A stretch of 36,325 nucleotides of DNA, from the UHGV virus genome UHGV-0211079. The stretch is one strand, 5' to 3'. The notes under the pieces were generated by a model. That model saw only the letters and a list, made by a program, of their open reading frames with translations. It was not told the origin of the DNA and made no database searches. Within the stretch, counting starts at the first letter, position 1. Every line of letters begins with the position of its first letter. Shown piece after piece: positions 34,436 through 36,325 of the stretch. The DNA is from a virus. A program made the translations under genes and the position numbers.

Positions 34436-35380
34436 ATGATGAGTAAATCGACTCTTGAACTGACTCATGACGAGTGGCTGTTGGACCGACGGAAAGGCAT
34501 AGGCGGTTCAGATGTTGCCACTATTTTAGGACTGAATAAATGGAAATCACCGTATCAACTTTGGCTAGAAAAGACTGGTCAAATCGATTTAGAACACACT
34601 GAGAGCGAGCCAGCTTATTGGGGAAATGTCCTAGAAGAAATTGTAGCAAAAGAATTTCAAGAACGTACTGGTAAAAAGGTCCGTCGAAGGAATCAAGTGT
34701 TTGAACATCCGCTACATCCTTTTCTACGAGCGAATATCGATCGGGATGTAGTTGGAGAAAACGCCATTTTGGAATGTAAAACAGCTAATGCATTTCTTGG
34801 TAAAGAGTGGGAAGGCGAAGAGGTTCCTTTAAGTTATTTGTGTCAAGTACAGCATTACATGAACGTGTTAAATAAAAAATATTGCTATATAGCTGTTCTA
34901 ATCGGAGGACAGAAATTCATCTGGAAGCGAGTTGATCGTGATCAAGAGCTAATTGACATGATTACTGAACGACTTGTTGAGTTTTGGGAAACAAATGTCC
35001 TGGATGGACAAGAGCCAGTTATAGATGGCAGCGAAGCCACATCAGAGTTTTTAAAAGAAAAATATTCGAACACTAAGGAAGACGAAACAACGTTACCTGC
35101 TTCTTTTGATGACTTAATTGAGCAAAAAAGGGAACTCAAGAAAGCAAAAAAGGATATTGAAACAGCCATTCGCCAGGTGGATAACGAAATCATAAGCGAA
35201 CTTGGCAAAAGAAATGCGAGTATCGGTATCGCTCAAAAGAACATCGTTTCTTGGAAGATAGTATCCACTAGAAGAATGAACAGCAAGAAACTTGCTGAAA
35301 AATATCCAGAAGTAGCTAAAGACGAAGAAATCTATAACGTTACTGAATCACGAAGACTTACAGAAAAGGAGATCAAATAA
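34436..35380 (+). CDS. YqaJ-like viral recombinase-domain exonuclease (lambda Exo-like, PD-(D/E)xK)
   Basis: N-terminus LTHDEWLLDRRKGIGGSDVATILGLNKWKSPYQLWLEKTG is typical of YqaJ. Followed by RecT. Confidence 0.85.
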   Translation: MMSKSTLELTHDEWLLDRRKGIGGSDVATILGLNKWKSPYQLWLEKTGQIDLEHTESEPAYWGNVLEEIVAKEFQERTGKKVRRRNQVFEHPLHPFLRANIDRDVVGENAILECKTANAFLGKEWEGEEVPLSYLCQVQHYMNVLNKKYCYIAVLIGGQKFIWKRVDRDQELIDMITERLVEFWETNVLDGQEPVIDGSEATSEFLKEKYSNTKEDETTLPASFDDLIEQKRELKKAKKDIETAIRQVDNEIISELGKRNASIGIAQKNIVSWKIVSTRRMNSKKLAEKYPEVAKDEEIYNVTESRRLTEKEIK

Positions 35381-35381
35381 T

Positions 35382-36293
35382 ATGGCCACAAATGATGCAT
35401 TAAAGAACCAATTAGCTGAAAAGAGTACACAGGTTGTTGATCCATCTAAATTAGGATTCAAAGCTTTGATGAACACTCCAGCTATGAAAAAGAAATTTAC
35501 AGATATTCTTCATGAGAAGTCGGATTCCTTTATGGGATCCCTTATGACTTTGGTTGGTGGAGATAATTATCTATCACAAGCCGAGCCAATGACAATTATT
35601 GCATCAGCTTTAAAAGCAGCGACAATGGACCTGCCAATTGATAAGAACCTTGGTTATGCCTATGTGGTTCCCTTTAATCGATCAGAAAAGGTGGGAAACA
35701 AATGGGTCAAGCATAACGAAGCTCAGTTCATTCTAGGATACAAAGGTTATATTCAACTTGCTCAACGAAGTGGACAATATAAAGCTTTAAACGCTCTGGC
35801 AATCTATGATGGTCAATTGATCGATTGGAACCCGCTTACAGAAGAGTTCACGTTTGATTACAAAGCGCGGAAGTCAGATGAAGTGATCGGGTATGTCGCA
35901 TTCTTCGAACTCTTAAACGGCTTTAAGAAAACAGTTTACTGGACCAAGCAGGAAATCGAAAGTCATCGAATCAAGAATGCTAAGGGTTATGACAAAGAAA
36001 AACTAAGTGGTGCTTGGGTCGATAATTACGACTCAATGGCCATTAAGACAGTTCTTAGAAATATGCTCTCCAAGTGGGGCCTATTATCTATTGAAATGCA
36101 ATCAGCAATAACTTCAGATGAGAAAGTCTTTCGAGTAGACGAAAACAACGATTTGATTGAGGAGACTGATTTATCAGATATGGAGCCGATGCCAAATGAT
36201 CTTAAAGAAGCAGAAAAAGTTGTTGATGACCCGATAACAGACGAAGGACAAGAATCATTGTTCGATTCATCAAATCCACCGTTAAACAAATAA
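35382..36293 (+). CDS. recT: RecT-family single-strand annealing recombinase
   Basis: RBS aaaggag. About 300 aa, downstream of the YqaJ exonuclease. Acidic C-terminal tail. Confidence 0.8.
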   Translation: MATNDALKNQLAEKSTQVVDPSKLGFKALMNTPAMKKKFTDILHEKSDSFMGSLMTLVGGDNYLSQAEPMTIIASALKAATMDLPIDKNLGYAYVVPFNRSEKVGNKWVKHNEAQFILGYKGYIQLAQRSGQYKALNALAIYDGQLIDWNPLTEEFTFDYKARKSDEVIGYVAFFELLNGFKKTVYWTKQEIESHRIKNAKGYDKEKLSGAWVDNYDSMAIKTVLRNMLSKWGLLSIEMQSAITSDEKVFRVDENNDLIEETDLSDMEPMPNDLKEAEKVVDDPITDEGQESLFDSSNPPLNK

Positions 36294-36295
36294 TG

Positions 36296-36314
36296 AGGGA
36301 GTTTACCTCCCTCT
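36296..36314 (+). other. 7-bp hairpin gagggag-tttac-ctccctc between recT and the RBS of the first gene
   Basis: Perfect inverted repeat with no U-tract. Directly followed by AGGAGGA at the window end. Confidence 0.4.
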
Positions 36315-36325
36315 GATTAGGAGGA

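Overview
The whole window is phage DNA with no host flanks, and it reads as a complete ~36.3-kb temperate siphovirus genome of a low-GC Gram-positive (Lactobacillales-type) host, in circularly permuted (excised/replicative) form. Recognisable families are an ArpU late activator, a PBSX-type large terminase, SPP1-like head and tail gene order, an amidase+SH3b endolysin, a tyrosine integrase, an ImmA/XRE lysogeny switch, and a YqaJ/RecT recombination pair. The order is replication (DnaD-like, RusA), early genes, ArpU, tRNA, TerS/TerL, portal to major capsid, neck, major tail, tape measure, Dit/Tal/baseplate, holin/lysin, an accessory island (25.0-28.5 kb), an attP-like region, integrase, the ImmA/repressor/Cro switch, early genes, YqaJ exonuclease and RecT, which then runs on into the window start. 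The RBS for the first gene sits at the last 7 nt of the window, which is what indicates circularity. Notable points are listed here. (1) A Panacea-domain (PanA-like) antitoxin gene is translationally coupled to a MazF/PemK-like toxin candidate, with its own promoter and terminator. (2) A 720-bp ORF-free, terminator-rich region carries two related long stem-loop elements. (3) A two-gene AT-rich moron sits behind a consensus sigma-70 promoter with a leader attenuator hairpin. (4) A zinc-ribbon + DUF4145-like gene lies next to a phage tRNA-Pro(UGG). (5) Both major structural proteins appear to be made in two lengths by recoding at proline codons: the capsid by a -1 shift at C_CCA_AAA adding an Ig-like Big_2 domain, the tail by a +1 shift at CCC_UAA adding an FN3-like domain. 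(6) A baseplate/receptor-binding protein carries a calcineurin-like metallophosphoesterase domain. (7) A zinc-ribbon/glycine-zipper/SHOCT membrane protein is co-operonic with the repressor. All functional calls are by eye from sequence motifs. No searches were run.
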